Assembly: GCF_036321535.1 (NCBI RefSeq)
Contig: NC_087472.1
Location: 97,404,001-97,468,000 of the forward strand
DNA from: Camelus dromedarius
Lineage: Eukaryota
Length of the DNA stretch: 64,000 nucleotides
Direction of reading: 5' to 3'
A program made the translations under genes and the position numbers. The notes under the pieces are model-generated. The model ran no database searches. It was not told the origin of the DNA and worked only from the letters and a program-made list of their open reading frames with translations. Shown here in pieces: positions 48,560 to 62,929 of this stretch. Position 1 is the first letter of the stretch. Every line of letters begins with the position of its first letter.

Positions 48560-49310
48560 TTTCATTTTAAAATGTCTTCTACTTATTTTATATATTTTGT
48601 TTTGAGTACTGCTTGTGTAAAAAATAAAGTTGAAAATTATTTTTAATTCTAATTTTTCTAGTAGTTAATTTCAATTACTTCAAAATCATTTCTTAATTTA
48701 TTTCCTTCTATTTATTAGTTGTGGTGAGATGATTTTTTTTTTTTTTTTGCATTTTCCTTTTTTTCTCTTTGATGCAAGAATTTTAACCTGCTTCACCTTC
48801 CCTACTTGTTTACATCTTCTTGGTCTTTATTAAGAGCATTTTCAGTATGAGGTTATTGTTACATTTTTACACTAAAGGTATTTTCTTTCAAAGTTATATT
48901 TGAAAGAAAGTTTCTTTTCTTTCAGAGTAATATTTGACTTTTAAATTCCAATTTATAATTCCATTATAAATAATTGTTTATGTATTTCTGTATTAACTGG
49001 CTTTTTTCATTTTCAAACGCTATATTCCATGTTCTCTTCATTCTTGAACTTTCATTTTTTTACTTAATTTTCAGTAAGTTGGAAAAATATCAAAATGTTT
49101 TCTTTAGAAATGCCATGAAATACTCAATGTTGTCTGCTCTTCAATACATGCAAACATCTTTCTGATGCCCTTTAACACTAGTCAACATTTAGTTGGCTAT
49201 AAAATTTGAAATCATGATTTTTTTCCATAAAACTTAGTGGGAGTTACTTCTTTGTCATTTGCTGTTTGTTGTGGAAGATATTTCTGAGATTAGCGTGATA
49301 TTTTTCATTA
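48560..49310 (-). mobile_element. Old L1/HAL1-like internal fragment
   Basis: tttagttggctataaaattt...ttacttctttgtcatttgctgtttg...tctgagattagcgtgatatttt; T-rich strand bias. Confidence 0.45.
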
Positions 49311-49939
49311 TATGAAAATATTATAAAATATATTTATAAAGTATTTTAAAATATCTCATTCTGTATCCTAGAAATATAAATAAATATACTCAAATAATAC
49401 AGTTGATAATATGTATATAAGAGTTAAATTGATGGCCCTCTTAGGTGTAAAAAGTCACCTTTTCTGCTCTTTCACTACTTTTCAGAGGGAGCAGTCTTCT
49501 TGATAATTGCCTTCCAGGATAGCACATATTAGTTTCATCCACTAATGATAATTTTAAAATAGACTCCATCAAGTCAGTTTCTTTGTTTCTCATATAGCAT
49601 CTTCAGTATGGCAAGTGCTATCTTTGTAATGGTTTATGAGGTTATTGTAACACCTCCACTTGCTGAAGAGCAAAACGTTTTTCTTTGCCTCAGACTCTAT
49701 TTAAATTTCCTCTGTATCTGACTAAACAACGTTCAGGAAGGATATCACTCTATAATGTACTTTATCTGCCTAAAGGTTTTTAATGGACAGTTCTGTGGAG
49801 TCTGTGCAGTACCTTTTATGTCAGAACATCTACGAAGGTTAATTAAAACTACTAGTTTAATTACTACTGCCAACTCCTTTAAATGATGGGCTTGGTTTTG
49901 TTGTAAAAAGAGAGAATGTATGCAAAAATGCTTGTGAAG

Positions 49940-50175
49940 AGAGGCAGTGGGTGACGTAGTAGAACACAGATGAGCTTTGATATCAGAGGGTTTGGATTTG
50001 TAACAAAGGACTGGAAAATAGCTACTTGCAAACTAATAACTTTGTTGTTTTTTTAAATAAATAGGGACAATGAAAGTACCTACTTGATATACTTTTATGA
50101 TAATTAGATTAGAATGTATATGAAGCACCTAGCACAGTGTCTGGTACAAAGTAGCTTTTTCATAAAAGTTAGTTC
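49940..50175 (+). mobile_element. MIR SINE
   Basis: gagaggcagtgg...gctttgatatcagagg...gtatatgaagcacctagcacagtgtctggtacaaagtag. Confidence 0.7.
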
Positions 50176-51874
50176 TCTCTCATAAAGGGACAGACATCCT
50201 ATTAGCGGCTATTGTGCTAGAAAGATGAGTAACTTGATGGAGAAAAGTGGCATTTCCCAGTGAAACTGACCTCCATCTAGGCATTCCTCCTATAAAAGCC
50301 ATGATTACTAGTAGAGGAAACCAATTTGTGCTACCCTGGAGGACAATTATTAAAACACCTTCTCTCTAAGAAGTGTAGTAAAATAGCGGAAAAGGCCAGT
50401 AGTGTCAGCCAGGAGGGCTGTCAGCTTAACTAGGCACTTTCATCTGAAGTAGTGACAATATTCTGACTCCAGACCCTTGTTGACGCCCACTTTAACTCCT
50501 TAATAGCCAAACTGGGCTCAGTGGATCTCTAAAGACTGCTAGGAAGTAGCCACAAGATTCTTGGATGTCAGGTAGTTGTCATGTAGGAGGGAGAGCACCT
50601 CTGACTTTGGGGATGTGGGAGTGGGGAGATTGATTGCTTGATAATACCAGAGTCTAGGTGGACTTCTAAATGCAGAGACATCCATCCGGACGGATAAATC
50701 AAGGTCTTACTCCTCAACCCTTTCTAGTATCCTGTAATGGAAAGAAGAAAACTTGTCAACAGTAGATGACCATGTGAATTCATACTCTCAGCCCAAACTG
50801 CATATTGCTTATTGATCGTTTCATGTCTCATACCAAGCATAGTGTCTCAAGGCTTATGAAATTGTCTGAGATATGAAAAAAGTATTGGCTCTAAAATATG
50901 AAAATTTAAAAATCTCATTTTGCTAGAGTTCTTGGGTATGCAGCATCGTTGCTGAGATGTCATGTCTAATTATAAATTAAACAAATTATGCAAAGACAAA
51001 TCATTTAAAAACCTAAATTAAAAGTTCTTTAAATGTTATATAGCAAGACATGTATATTGACTGTGGGATATGAGTACATTCTAATACATTTGGTATTATG
51101 TGGGCTGGAAAGTCTAACATGGTTTAGAGCCTACCTAGATTTTAGAATTACTCTGTTGCCCAGCAATTCTATGTCCTTTGTAATTGAAGGCTCTAAAATT
51201 TTAAAACGTTTTACTATTTCTTTGTTTTTTTTAAATAATCTCTACAGTCCAGAAGCCTAAATATTATAGAATTGACTTCTTTCTGTGATAGAATGTATTA
51301 AGGAAAACTTGAACATATTCCCTAAGATTTCAGGTCCCATGTTGAGCAACATTTGTAGTGCATGAAAATAGTCCGCATTTCCTGAAATCTGAAAGGCTAC
51401 AAATAATTAAATCCTTGAAATGAAATAATCACAAGGGAATCATCAGTTAACATGCCACCCGAGTCTTTCATTATAGGAATAAGCGTAATTTGGGACAGTG
51501 ATTCAGGCTCTTAAGCTTGATATTTGCCTAATTTATCATCTTGTTTGTGACCAGATTAATTTGATGGGGGTCTGACATCTTGTCCAGGTTTTATAATATT
51601 TATGATGATTCATTTTTATAAGTTGAAAAATTCCACTAATTATATTGCAGAATTTGCCTGTTCATCCCTGTTTTGTCTTGGCATCAAGGAAGATGTTCAC
51701 CAAAGTTTGCTCAGCTGTTCCATTACTGATCCCATGTCTCTGAATCTCAATATTTAATCCATTTGTCAGAATTCAGCTCTGGCTATAAATCACTGCTGTC
51801 AGGACTCCCTTTAAAAGCTCTTGTGGATACTGTTATTCATCCTTACTTTTCTGTCCTTGTCTGTGCCTCTTGGA

Positions 51875-52255
51875 TCACTGGCTAAGCCTTGCTCAGGAAA
51901 ACAGTAGCTACTCTAGGTATTTCCAGCAGAAAAATGTTTAATATTGGGAATTAGAGGCTCACACAACCATTGACTCCTGGGGGAACAGAAGTCAGGAGGG
52001 TAGATTTCAGGAAACAAGCCATCTCCTGATGCCCACGTTTCTGGATGCAGTTGCCACAGAAAAATAATACTCTCCTTGTCTTGTGCCATCCAAATCTCCT
52101 GCAGGTGCCTTTCACTAACAAGATGTAGATGCAACTCTGCTGGCAATGGAGTCTGGGAAATGTAGTTTCCAGATTTTATGCCATCATCACACAGGGGAGA
52201 GACATAGAGGGGTGGGAATGGTTCCTAAAGTCAACAAACTATATCTGGTTTACAA
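51875..52255 (-). mobile_element. Ancient LTR (LTR78/79-like or MaLR)
   Basis: caggaaaacagtagctactctaggtatttccagcag...ggcaatggagtctgggaaatgtagtttccag...tagaggggtgggaatgg. Confidence 0.5.
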
Positions 52256-53079
52256 GTATATCAATATTATTTTTGCCCAGTCGTTCAAAATATATTTGAG
52301 AAATAACTAAATAAGCCCATGTTTATCAAACTGGACAGCATCAGAAATACTGGTGATCTTTATAATCCTTTTTTGTCAATCTTTCAGTCTTATAAATATA
52401 ATAAGCAAATTTATATTATATTCTATATCTTATAAAAACCAAAATCTCCAGTCTTAGTGGGTCTGATTTTTGCACTTTGCTTTTTCTTAGTTCTTCCTCA
52501 TGATTTACTTGTCTTATTCATACATTTAGTGATTTCCTTTTTATTGTGAGCTCATGTTTTTTGGAAATTTGGTACCTATCTTTATGGCGCACCGTTCCTT
52601 TGAGAATTTGGATTTGCTTTTGCCAAGAACCCAGAGACACCATCATCCTAGTATTAGACAGTCTAATTTTTCATCTTGGGTTTTTTCTGCCATACAGATA
52701 GTGTGAATTTAGACCCCAAACCCACATGAAAACAGACAAATGGTTAAGCATTTGGGGGTTTTGTTTGTCCCCTCTATTCTATGCGAAATTGTGACTAAGA
52801 CAAACAGGCATCCCTACTGTTTTTTACTGATTTATCCACTGAAGTTATGCTCCTGAGGAACTCTACCTATATGAGGGATCTTTAATCTGACATACCATCC
52901 TTCTTGGATCCCACACATGTAGCTCTTAAAACTCAGGCTTTAAGTCACTATTCAAGAGAGCTTACTGTGTTGGATTTGGAGTCTCTGTTTGGTATAGCTG
53001 ATTTTGTCTTTTACGCTTTTAATAGAGATTTTATTTCTTTTTCTTGCAGTATTTCCTTGTTATCTGTTTTCTTTTCATT

Positions 53080-53720
53080 AAGACTCAAGTTTAATGTATC
53101 TGAACAAATACTCCATTTGTCTGAGAGGCCTTTCCTGACTCCATAATATAAGATGCTCTCTCCCCATTCTCTTTCTTTTACATGTTAACTCATTTTATCA
53201 TACTTACAGTAAACCATCATTATCCTGTTTATACTTTTTGCCTCTTTGTTTATAGTCTGCATCTCCCAACCCAGAATGTAAGTTCTATTAGTGCAGGGAC
53301 ACTTTCTGCCTTGTTCTCCCTTGTAGATGTAGTACCCATCCCAGTGGTGACTTCACAGTAGATGCTCAGGTCTCCTAGAATCCCTTCTACTATTTCTGTG
53401 TGCCTATTCCCCTAGCTACTCTGTGCTTTGCTTCTAACATCTGCATAGCGTCTGAACCCTTTGGCTCTCGGAACTGCTTTGCTGCGCACAGAGGGCTGTA
53501 ACAGCCTGGGAATTTACATCACTACTCTGGGTGAGCTTTGGCCAAAGACTCTGTAAGAATAATGGAAGTGCAACTTACACTTTGGGCTGAAACTTAGAGC
53601 TTGCTTGAATTCTCCCCTTTCCATCTCTGGCTTTCACCACTCCTCCTCTGGTCTTCTCTGGGAGCTCTTTCTTAACAACACACTTGCATAGGAATTCTCA
53701 TTTCAGAATCTGCCTGTTAA
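53080..53720 (+). mobile_element. L2 3' end followed by an LTR16-like LTR
   Basis: ctgagaggcctttcctgac...gaatgtaagttc...gcagggacacttt; then ctctgggagctctttcttaacaacacacttgcataggaattctcatttcagaatctgc. Confidence 0.55.
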
Positions 53721-54599
53721 TATTTATTGAATCAGTTGAATTTTTCACTGTTACCAAACTCTTGTCAGACTCTTGTGCCAGCTCATGTTTTATCTCTTGT
53801 TTTAAAGAGTATTTTTAAAATTTTATTAAAGTCACAAGGTAACTCATTATTTAGCATACTTAATAGCAAATATTTTTCTGCTTTTCAAGTGTAAAGCTGT
53901 AGTATAGAATATTCTTATGTCCTTTGCTCTGGGGTTTTGTTAGTTTCTTTACCTGTCATTGAATGAGAGACATTCTTCAATCCATGCCATTTAACAGGGT
54001 GGACTGATCATCGCTGGTTGCTCTCCATGTTCATCTGGTTGCCATTCTACACAACCTTTATGGTCTAAATCAGAAGGCATTTGTATGTTCAAAGCTTCCA
54101 CTTGAATTCTTCAGTGCTAACAATTATTATTTCTTGTTGGTACTAAAACTGGAAAGGGCCTCTGCTGCCTGGGTAGTGATACATGAGGTGTTTGTAGGTA
54201 GAAGGGAATAAATTGATTTGTTGATAATTTCATGGAATCTATGCTTTATCATTTACTTCATGTCAGACACTTTTCTCTCCCTGAAGGGAAAACAATTTTG
54301 ACTCATTATCCCAATTTAGAGTTCAAGTTATTGTAAGTACATTGTGCTGCTCTAGATTTCCCTGTTTCTATCACCCATCCTCAATACTTGCAGAATTGCC
54401 TTCTTTAAATAAAATCCTCTTACTTCTTCCCCTTAAAGCCCTTGTTAGATATAGATTTCTTCATAGGAGAAATTCCATATTTCTTGTCCAAGTTTACTTT
54501 AAAATCGTTTCCCAAATCCCTTCTTTAGCCCCTTCTTCTCCTTCTCTAACATTTATTCTAAGCTCTACTTTGATTAAATGTTGACCTTCCTCCCATTTG

Positions 54600-55405
54600 C
54601 TTTGCTCTTTCTACTTAATCATTAATTTATACGTGTTCCTTCTGCCTGGAAAGTGATTCCGTAGCTTTTTTACTTGCCACAATCCTCATCAGAGTCCAAA
54701 TTTCAGTTCAAATTCCATTTCAATAACATTATACCCAACCTGTACTTTCTACCACCATCACACAGTTCATTCCCTTCAACTAAGCCCCCTACCTCTCGTG
54801 GAGGCTGTGCTTTTTGCTTAGATTCTCCTTTAGGACTGAATGAATTATTTCCCCGTGCTGCGGAGAATGCTGCCACTGACAGCCTTTAGCTGTCAATTCT
54901 CTTATCTGCAAAGAGCTGCTTCACTCAAACTCTTGCATCCTTCTCAGGGACTGACTGCATCCAATGACTTGTTGATATAACTGGGGTTATAAAGATCCAA
55001 ACTCTCATCCCTGTTTAGGACAACTCTGAAGGGCCATGCCATCTTCAGAGCTCCCTTTGGGAGAACAGCTGAGAACACTGTTGAGACTACATGGCAGACC
55101 AGCCTTTTCCTGTGTCAAATCTCTCTTCCTTCCCTCCTCCATAGCTGTTTATCTATAGAGCTCTCCCTAATAAAATTCTTGCATAATCAAGCTCTCAGAA
55201 TTAGCATCGCATGGAAACTATCCTGTAATACCACTATTAAGGTTTATCGAATTTAATTTTTATTTGTTGCCCATTGCTTTCTCCACTTAAGTGTGAACAT
55301 CTTTAGGATGGCACGGTGATGCCCTTTTTTATTTCCTAAACATTTAGCATAGGCCCTGACGTATAGTGGATGATCAGTAAGTATCTCCAAAATGAATGGA
55401 TGAAT
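54600..55405 (+). mobile_element. L2 3' region interrupted by an LTR16-like LTR (~54790-55230)
   Basis: LTR: tgacagcctttagctgtc...caactctgaagggccat...cagagctccc...ccctaataaaattcttgca. L2 end: tttagcatagggccctgacgtatagtgg...gaatggatgaatg. Confidence 0.6.
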
Positions 55406-56099
55406 GTTCTTTTATTCTAATTGGATAAGAAAATAAATTTTGTCTAGTTTTTCTCCTTATCATTTCTATGAGCTTATATGCTATCATTAGCTTGGAAAAG
55501 TTTCTTATGCCCAATATTAGTTATAGCAGTGTCTACGATGTATCACAATGATTCTGCTTTCCCCTTAAATATAATTAACTGGATAACATTGAATTTATTC
55601 ATCTAAGATTAAAACAAATGATCCACATAGGAATAAAATCTCAAAATCCATATGAACAAAGAATTCATTTTTTTCTTCCAGGAAAAAATCTGCAAGTGAT
55701 TTCTTTCTGAAGTTAAGCTTATTATTTCTTTCTGAAGATAGGTTTATATTTAAAGAAAAGCTATTTGTTTGTATAAACTAATGATACAGATGACTTGAAT
55801 TACTTAGAAAGGCTTATGCTTTTTGTTAAGTTACAGATTTCCATTAGAACTTTTTGAAGGACTACACTGAGGTTTATTCTGTACTTGAAAGGGCCTCAAC
55901 ATTTACATTTACTCAGTGTATATGAGAACATATGCGTTCTTCTCTATTGATAGAGATATACTTTAGAGAAGGAATGTTAGCAAAAGGTATCTAATTAGGA
56001 CTCAGATCGCATACATTTGATCATCTTTTTCCTCTTAGTTCCTGTTTCCTTTTCTGAAAAATAAGCATGGTCACACAGGCTTACTCGTTTACTGTGTGT

Positions 56100-56315
56100 C
56101 AGGGTTTCTCACCTTAGCACTGTTGATATTTTGGACTGGGTAATTCTTTTCTGTTGGGGGAAGGAATTGTCCTGTGCATTATAGGATGTTCGGTAGTATC
56201 CCTGGCCTCTAACCACTAGATGCCAGCAGCATTCCCAGACTTGGGACAACCGAAAGTGTTTCCAGACTTTGTTGTGTCCCCTGGGGGACAGATTGTCTCC
56301 AGTTGAGAACCACTT
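56100..56315 (+). mobile_element. MER20 hAT MITE, full length
   Basis: cagggtttctcaccttagcactgttgatattttggactggg...tccctggcctctaaccactagatgccagcagca...gttgagaaccact. Confidence 0.9.
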
Positions 56316-56789
56316 CTCCTTGATCGAGGTGATCTGTCTTTCACCCTCAAATTAACTGGAACTATTCTCTCTAGAGTCATCAGTAAAATTTCAGTTGCCA
56401 TATTAATGATACTTTCTTGGGTCTTTTTTTTTTCAATCTTAATGCTTCTGATTTATCCCAGAGCATATTTTTAAAAAGTTTCTATTTGTGATAGTCACCT
56501 AGGGGACTGTGATTCTAAAGGATAAATTTGGGTTCGTCCGTGAATTGGGAACTTCCCTGTAGAATAATGCTATGCTTTTCTCCCCTTGAGGAAAGTATCA
56601 AGGATTACGTTATATTCAGGGCTTAAAATGTGACTATTTGGCACATAAAATGTACCTTAGGTCAGAGATAACTTTATACACATCAGAACAGTCTGTCCAT
56701 AGAAATATTTTCTCTCTCTCTTTGTAAGTAAGCTAAACATTATCTTCCTACCCAAGATGACGTAGGTGATTCAAAAATGATTAGGAGCC

Positions 56790-57277
56790 AGTATTAGTTT
56801 CCTATCACTGCTACAAAAATTATCACACATTTATTGACTTAAAACAACACAAATTTATTATCTTACAGTATGGACATCAGAAATCTAAAATCAGTCTCAC
56901 TGAGCTAAAATACAAGTTGTCAGCAAGGCTGGTACCTTCTGGAGGCTCTAGGGGAGAATCCATTTTCTTGCCTTTTGCAAATTCTAGAGGCTACATGCTT
57001 TCCTTGGTTCATGGATCTTTCTTCTAAATGGAGTCACTCCAACCTATGCTTCCATAACCACATATTCTCTATCACTTAAACTCTACTGCCTTTCCATCTT
57101 AAGGACCCTTGTGGTTACATTTGATTCAGCTGGAAAATCTAGGATGCTTTCCCCATATCATGATCCTGAACTTAGTCACATCTGTAAAATTCTTTTATTC
57201 AGGTAAGGTAACATATTCATGGATTCCAGGGATTAGGACTTGGCCATCTTTGGGGGACCATTATTCAGCTTACCGCA
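56790..57277 (-). mobile_element. MLT1C-type MaLR solo LTR
   Basis: gtattagtttcctatcactgct...cttaaaacaacacaaatttattatcttacag...ttccagggattaggacttggccatctttgggggaccattattcagc. Confidence 0.9.
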
Positions 57278-59129
57278 ATACTCTACTCCTCTGACTGGTC
57301 CTCATATACCAAATGAAGAGAGACACACTTCTGATAAATCAACTTTGGGAAATATGAACTATTTATAAACAGATGTGCTTTTGATGAACAAGAATGGTCA
57401 TAAAAAGGAGGGAGTGGAGAAGAAGGTGCCCAGTCAGAGTTTTGGAATTACTGCAGGGTATATCTTGCTTCAAATGATGTTTTGAGTCTCAGACTTAACC
57501 CCCAAATATTTCCCCCTTGAAACAAGCCAAGGACCCAATATACAGGAGTCTTGGCACAGAAAAATCGTGACTCAAAATGGGTCAATAATATAAAATCTGT
57601 CAATATACACATTTGTCACATTTTGTGACCAGAGGAGGGAGAACAAAAGAGGGATCATTGGGACCACTTTTGTGAATTTCGGTTATTCTTTCAATCAACC
57701 AAATTCTCCACATACTCTGTTCACTCTCAGGGGACTTGGTAATTGCCTTGGTAGCTGATTTACATACGATACCAACTGTATGTCTGTATGTCTCTACATC
57801 TCCAAACATGGATTATGTGTACGTATGTAAGTGTGAGATAGTGTGGGTGTGTGGGTGTATCCCACTAACTCCTTTGATTCATTGGTCCTTAAAATTCATC
57901 CTATGTCTAACTCTAAACTTGCCTTTTTCTGTCCCAGACAGTACCTTTCAACCAGCCTAAAAGCTACTACTTTTAACTCCTTAGTTTTATAACTAATAAA
58001 TCTCTAAGAGCTTTTTATTTTAATTATAATTTCACAAGCATCTGTTCAAGCCTTTACAGTCTTCTCACCACTTTTGCCTGAATTATTAGTCATTTACAAG
58101 ATCTTTTACCTAAAATCTCATCTCTTTTCTGTTCTCCTACATACTGTTTACTAGATTAACACACTTACATCATCCTATTTAATCTGCCATCATTCCCTTA
58201 TTATGGCGTGAAATCCAAATTCCAAAACCTTGAATTTAGAACTTTCCAACGTATAATTACAACTCCTTTTTCCAACAACTGCCTTTCATTACATCAAATA
58301 TAAGTCCTTGCCTCAATGGATGTGTTCCATCCACAGTCTGCTAAATGAATCATTTAAGTACTGAGGTAAATTAAATGGTCAGATTGTTAAATCACACACT
58401 CTAGAACTGGAGATTTTACCTTGTATCAGACTTGACTAATAACTCTAAGGACACAGACAATTGCTAGAGACGGGAGAAGCATGAAGTCTGAGACTGCTAG
58501 TGCGACTGCCAGGTTCTTCCTTTCTATATTAGTATTTGTCCTGGGATTTTACATGCAGATTGTCTAAGTAGTACATATGAGGCATCCATTACACAGCGAG
58601 TTTTTTCAGTCATAAACATCTCCATTATATACTATGATAATTACATAGCTAATGCTGTCATTTTCCAGTATGCTGTGCTGCATAAATAAAAAACTTCAGA
58701 TTTGCTCTAGAGAGACCAAGTACATCCTGACAAAAAGCACCCCACAGAAAAGAACTCCCCATTAGTTCTCCGTTAGTAAATACCATTAGGTGGTCTGATG
58801 AGATTAGCATGTTACAAGGAGATTCTTAATGGTTCCTTCTTTTTTCCCTTTCTCTCCTGAAGGTATCCCTAGACCAGATCCTTACCATCTCCTTCCCTCT
58901 ACCCTTTCTAAAACTTACTCCTTCTGTCTCAAAGTCTCTCTCCCCATTCTACTATCTATAAAAACCCAACCTCAGTCCCAGTTACTCTGTGATGGTCCCA
59001 ATTTATTCTATCTCCTAGTAGTTTCTTTGAACTTTGAATTACTATTTTATTTGTTACATTCACACTATCATTTAGCATTTATACTAGAAAGATTACAAAA
59101 TTAATCTAATCATCAGAAAACCCTGTATG

Positions 59130-59250
59130 TTATTTTCATCCTCATCATGTAAAATCATTAAGAGACTGAAAGTCCAAGCAACTTGCTTAAGATCATGAAA
59201 GTTGAGGAGCTGGTATTCGAACCTGGGTCCGAGTTACACTTAGCTTTACA
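59130..59250 (-). mobile_element. MIR SINE fragment
   Basis: aagcaacttgcttaagatca...gagctggtattcgaacctgggtc. Confidence 0.6.
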
Positions 59251-59640
59251 TTTCCTTTAGGGCAAGAATACGAAATGGGTGAAACTTGTCTCCGAAGCCC
59301 ACCCCCGTACCCTGCCATCACTCCTGCTAATAGTTTTAAAGGTATTAACTGACAGATTCCTAAAACATCACTCCATGCAGGGTTTGTTAACATTTTAAAA
59401 ATGAGTCATTTAAAAAGACTAGCCTTTAGTTTTTGGCTCTTTGCCTTGCTATACAGGTGGGGGATGGGAGTGAAATGCACAAGATAACACTCAAACTTTG
59501 TTTTCTGTCACTCTTCCTCTCCCCTCTCCCCTCTCTGCTCACATGAAAAGGTGAAGAAAAAGAGTCTGACTATAACACTTTGGTTTTACAAAATCTTATT
59601 TAACGTGTGTTTTTCCTGTAATTATAAAATACTAACATCA

Positions 59641-60149
59641 TGCTGAATATGATCGGAATGCCTTATTAATTCCCACCTTTTTCTATATACCATCCAATTC
59701 TGCAAAGGCTAGAAACTAAAGACTGTATTTCCCAGACTCCCTTGCAGCTGGGATTCTACATTTGAATTAGCTCCCTTCAGCTAGATTCACTCATTAAGAG
59801 ACTTAGAATGCAGACTTCAGGCAGAGGCTAGATTCCAGATGCCCTTTCTTCTGGCCTGCAGAGGTTGTGAAGACAAGAGAGTGTCTAGAAAAAGCTCTGG
59901 CAATCAAAATTAAGGTTTCAGAATGAAATAACCAACTTTGTGGTTATGCAGAGGCAGTTATCCAGAGGCAGCCTCCTAATCCTTGGATCACATCTTTGGT
60001 AGCATGTTTTTAAATCCAAGAGTTTGAGTGATGGCCCCTGATTTCTGCTTCCAATGATTTCATAACACCTAAGACCCTGATTTAAATCTTTTCTTTCCTA
60101 AAATAACTAGAATGATTTGTGTTTCCTGCTAGGAATCCTGACTTATACA
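59641..60149 (+). mobile_element. ERVL solo LTR, LTR50-like
   Basis: ggctagaaactaaagactgtatttcccagactcccttgcagctggg...aaaataactagaatgatttgtgtttcctg...cctgacttataca. Confidence 0.6.
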
Positions 60150-60434
60150 AACACGAATTATAAATACTTTATGGCAGCAGGTTTTTTTCCTTGTTGTCCC
60201 TGAAGTTTAGAGGGTAAATCTTACGCCAGTGAATTATTTACACTGAATAGCTACAACTACATAGTAATAAATTCTCAGTATTGCCAAAGATGGTATTAAA
60301 AAGCCTTTCTTTAAATCATGCGCTAAAAAGTGCTGTTGCTGTTTAGCTTTCAGTGCTAAAGTTTGTTCCAAGAAGAGGTTCCTGTGATGTTTTTATCTTC
60401 ATTCCCTCTTTTGACATCACTTTTTGCCAATGTT

Positions 60435-60620
60435 AAACTGGAGTGAGTGAGGGAGCAGGCTTAAGAGTCAGAGAACAGAGGTCAGATGATTGGCTTGAAG
60501 TACACAGCTCAGCTTCTAACCACTTGTGTGATCTCAGGTGAGAAAATTCCTCATTCTCAGGCTGCATTTGTATCTGAAAAATGAGGACACCCATAATCTC
60601 TGAGAGCAAGATACACAATC
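60435..60620 (+). mobile_element. MIR SINE
   Basis: gcaggcttaagagtcaga...ctcagcttctaaccacttgtgtgatctcagg...tatctgaaaaatgagg. Confidence 0.6.
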
Positions 60621-61129
60621 CCACATGATCACTAACAATGTGGTCACTGGTTAAGCTGGCATGTGAATCCTGAGTATCTGTGAGTGTTTGCACTGATTAA
60701 TTTTTGGTCAGTTTCATGTGGCTACAGATACTGGGGTAAAATATTGTTTCCAGCTGACCTTCTGAGACACTGCAGTTGACTTCCACTCCTCCATTATTGG
60801 AATATAAGACAGATCAGTTTGCTTCACAGCCTCTACTGATGATACCCATAAAAGCCACATTTGAATAGGGTTTAGCTGTTATTAGAATGCCAGTTGTGAT
60901 CCCAAATATTAGCATTCTTCTGAAATTCCATTCTAGTTACAAAGCAGAAGCATCTGGTAATCAAATTTAATTATTAACAAAATCATGGTTTTTGCCAAGA
61001 TTATCTGGATAGATACATTTTTAACTTGCTCTAGAGCAAGAATAATCAGTATGGAGTCAGGTATTGAAGAAACTTGTCTTAACAACTAGAATTGTCAATC
61101 TGGATCAGCTCTTGAATAGGCTACTTTAT

Positions 61130-61365
61130 AAAGTGCTGGTTAAGAACATGAACTCTGGGATCAGGCTGCCTGAGTTGCAAGTACCTCGATTTATAAACGG
61201 TGTGACCTTGGGCCAGTTACTTAACCTTTCTGTGATTCAGTTTGTTCACCTGTAAAATGGGAATAAAAATGGTAGCCATCTCATAGGGTGCTTTTGAGGA
61301 TTTATTAAGTGAGTATTTGTGAAAATTTTGGAAAATTCTTGGCACACAGTAAATGTGAAATATTT
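61130..61365 (+). mobile_element. MIR SINE
   Basis: tggttaagaacatgaactctgg...gtgtgaccttgggccagttacttaacctttctgtgattcagtttgttcacctgtaaaatgggaataa. Confidence 0.85.
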
Positions 61366-62929
61366 TGTTAAGACTTCACTGTCTTAACATTGCTTTGTTA
61401 AGAGATACTTGCGTTCTATTTTTCTGTGCCTTGGCCTCTCTTGTGACTAAGAGTGAGCCCTCTATAGTATGCTTTTATTTGAACTTTTCATGAGCTTGCT
61501 AAAATATTTTAAGGTAGCAGTCCTTCTCTGGTTTTAATGAATTCTATGCATTTGCTTCCCACATATATATATATATTTTTCCTCTTGGCCAGTTGCTAGA
61601 TCAGTTATGTTAATTCTTTGTAAAATATGTGCTAAATTTAACATAATACTTCATTTTTGTATTTTTAAATTCAATTCTCAGTGGAACATTTAAATAATTT
61701 TATAAATGTGTACTTCACTTTAAAAAGAATCCTATATGTCAATCTCCTTTTCATTGCAGTTTCCAGCTCAGTTGAACAAATTAATCTTCCAGTAATCTGT
61801 ACACTTCCTCTCCTTGACCTTGGGATAAGTGCAGCCCAGACTGAGAAAACATTAGGCAACTCCTCCAAATACCTAGTGAGAGGGTAAAGAGAAGGCTCTT
61901 AATGGTCCGCAGAAATCCACAGTAGGGGAGCCAGTTGAAGTGACTGGAAATCAACTAACCATAGGCATTCTCGATACCCTGGTGACACTTCTGGAGTCTA
62001 ATCCCTTTGACCTCTCATTGAGAGGTTAGAGGTTTATCTACCTGTCTACTTGGGTCTTTCAGGTTTCTAGAGCATAGAAGGGGACAAAGGACTCTATGCT
62101 GGCTTATTGATCAGAGCCTGATTTTTCTGCCTTTACAGAACTAGCTATATTTCCCCGAACTGAGACCTTGGCTCCACATCTTCCTCTCTTATCTCAGATA
62201 AATTTCCCTAGATACAACTTACTTCTCAAGGTGTAGTATTGTTATATCTAAGTTCATGCCATTAGCCCATTCTCCCAGATTATACCACCCATTTGATTTC
62301 CACATCTGTCTACAATTATACTAGATTCTGAATCCAGTGAGTTGTATTGCTTGTTGGATCTTACATTTTGCTTTAGGCTTACATTTCAGTTAAGACTTGT
62401 TTATATTTTGATTCGGATTATAATTATCCATCGCTTTAGGGCTACTATTTTCGTCAAGGACGTCCCTGTATGCCAACTAACTTATTCTCTTCAGTTTGAT
62501 ACTTCATCTGTGCCAGCATGCTGTGTGCCTGCTGCAGCATCCGGGAGCCCTCCTGTGAAACTTTCAGAGACACTGTATTCTTCGTGTCTCTATATAGCCT
62601 TTGGCTTTGTTTGTAGAAATGTAGCTGAGTTGGACAAAACTTAACATTCAGGGGATCTGATTAAAAAAACTTAGCTCATTTGCCTCTAAAGAACCAGATC
62701 AACTGAATAGTTGCACAGTTCCTGTTCATTTATCCTATATAAGCCAGACTTTTATTTTAGAATGACTGGAATGCAAATATAATTAAATTCCTCACATAGT
62801 TTTATATATAACATCTTGTCCTGTTTTCAAAGGATCACATTAAAGCTTAGTCATTACAGTAACCTGGGAATTTGAATCATTTTGTCTATTAAGCTGTATT
62901 ATTATGTAGTATTTGATGTTGTCTAAGTC

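Noticed and set aside
50291..50298. TATA box (tataaaag)
   Set aside because: Isolated motif in AT-rich sequence, with no CpG island or downstream gene evidence.
61760..62644. Acceptor-like sites at ~61759 and 62494 with short ORFs
   Set aside because: Peptides are unrecognisable and the donors are weak or absent, so they cannot be distinguished from chance.
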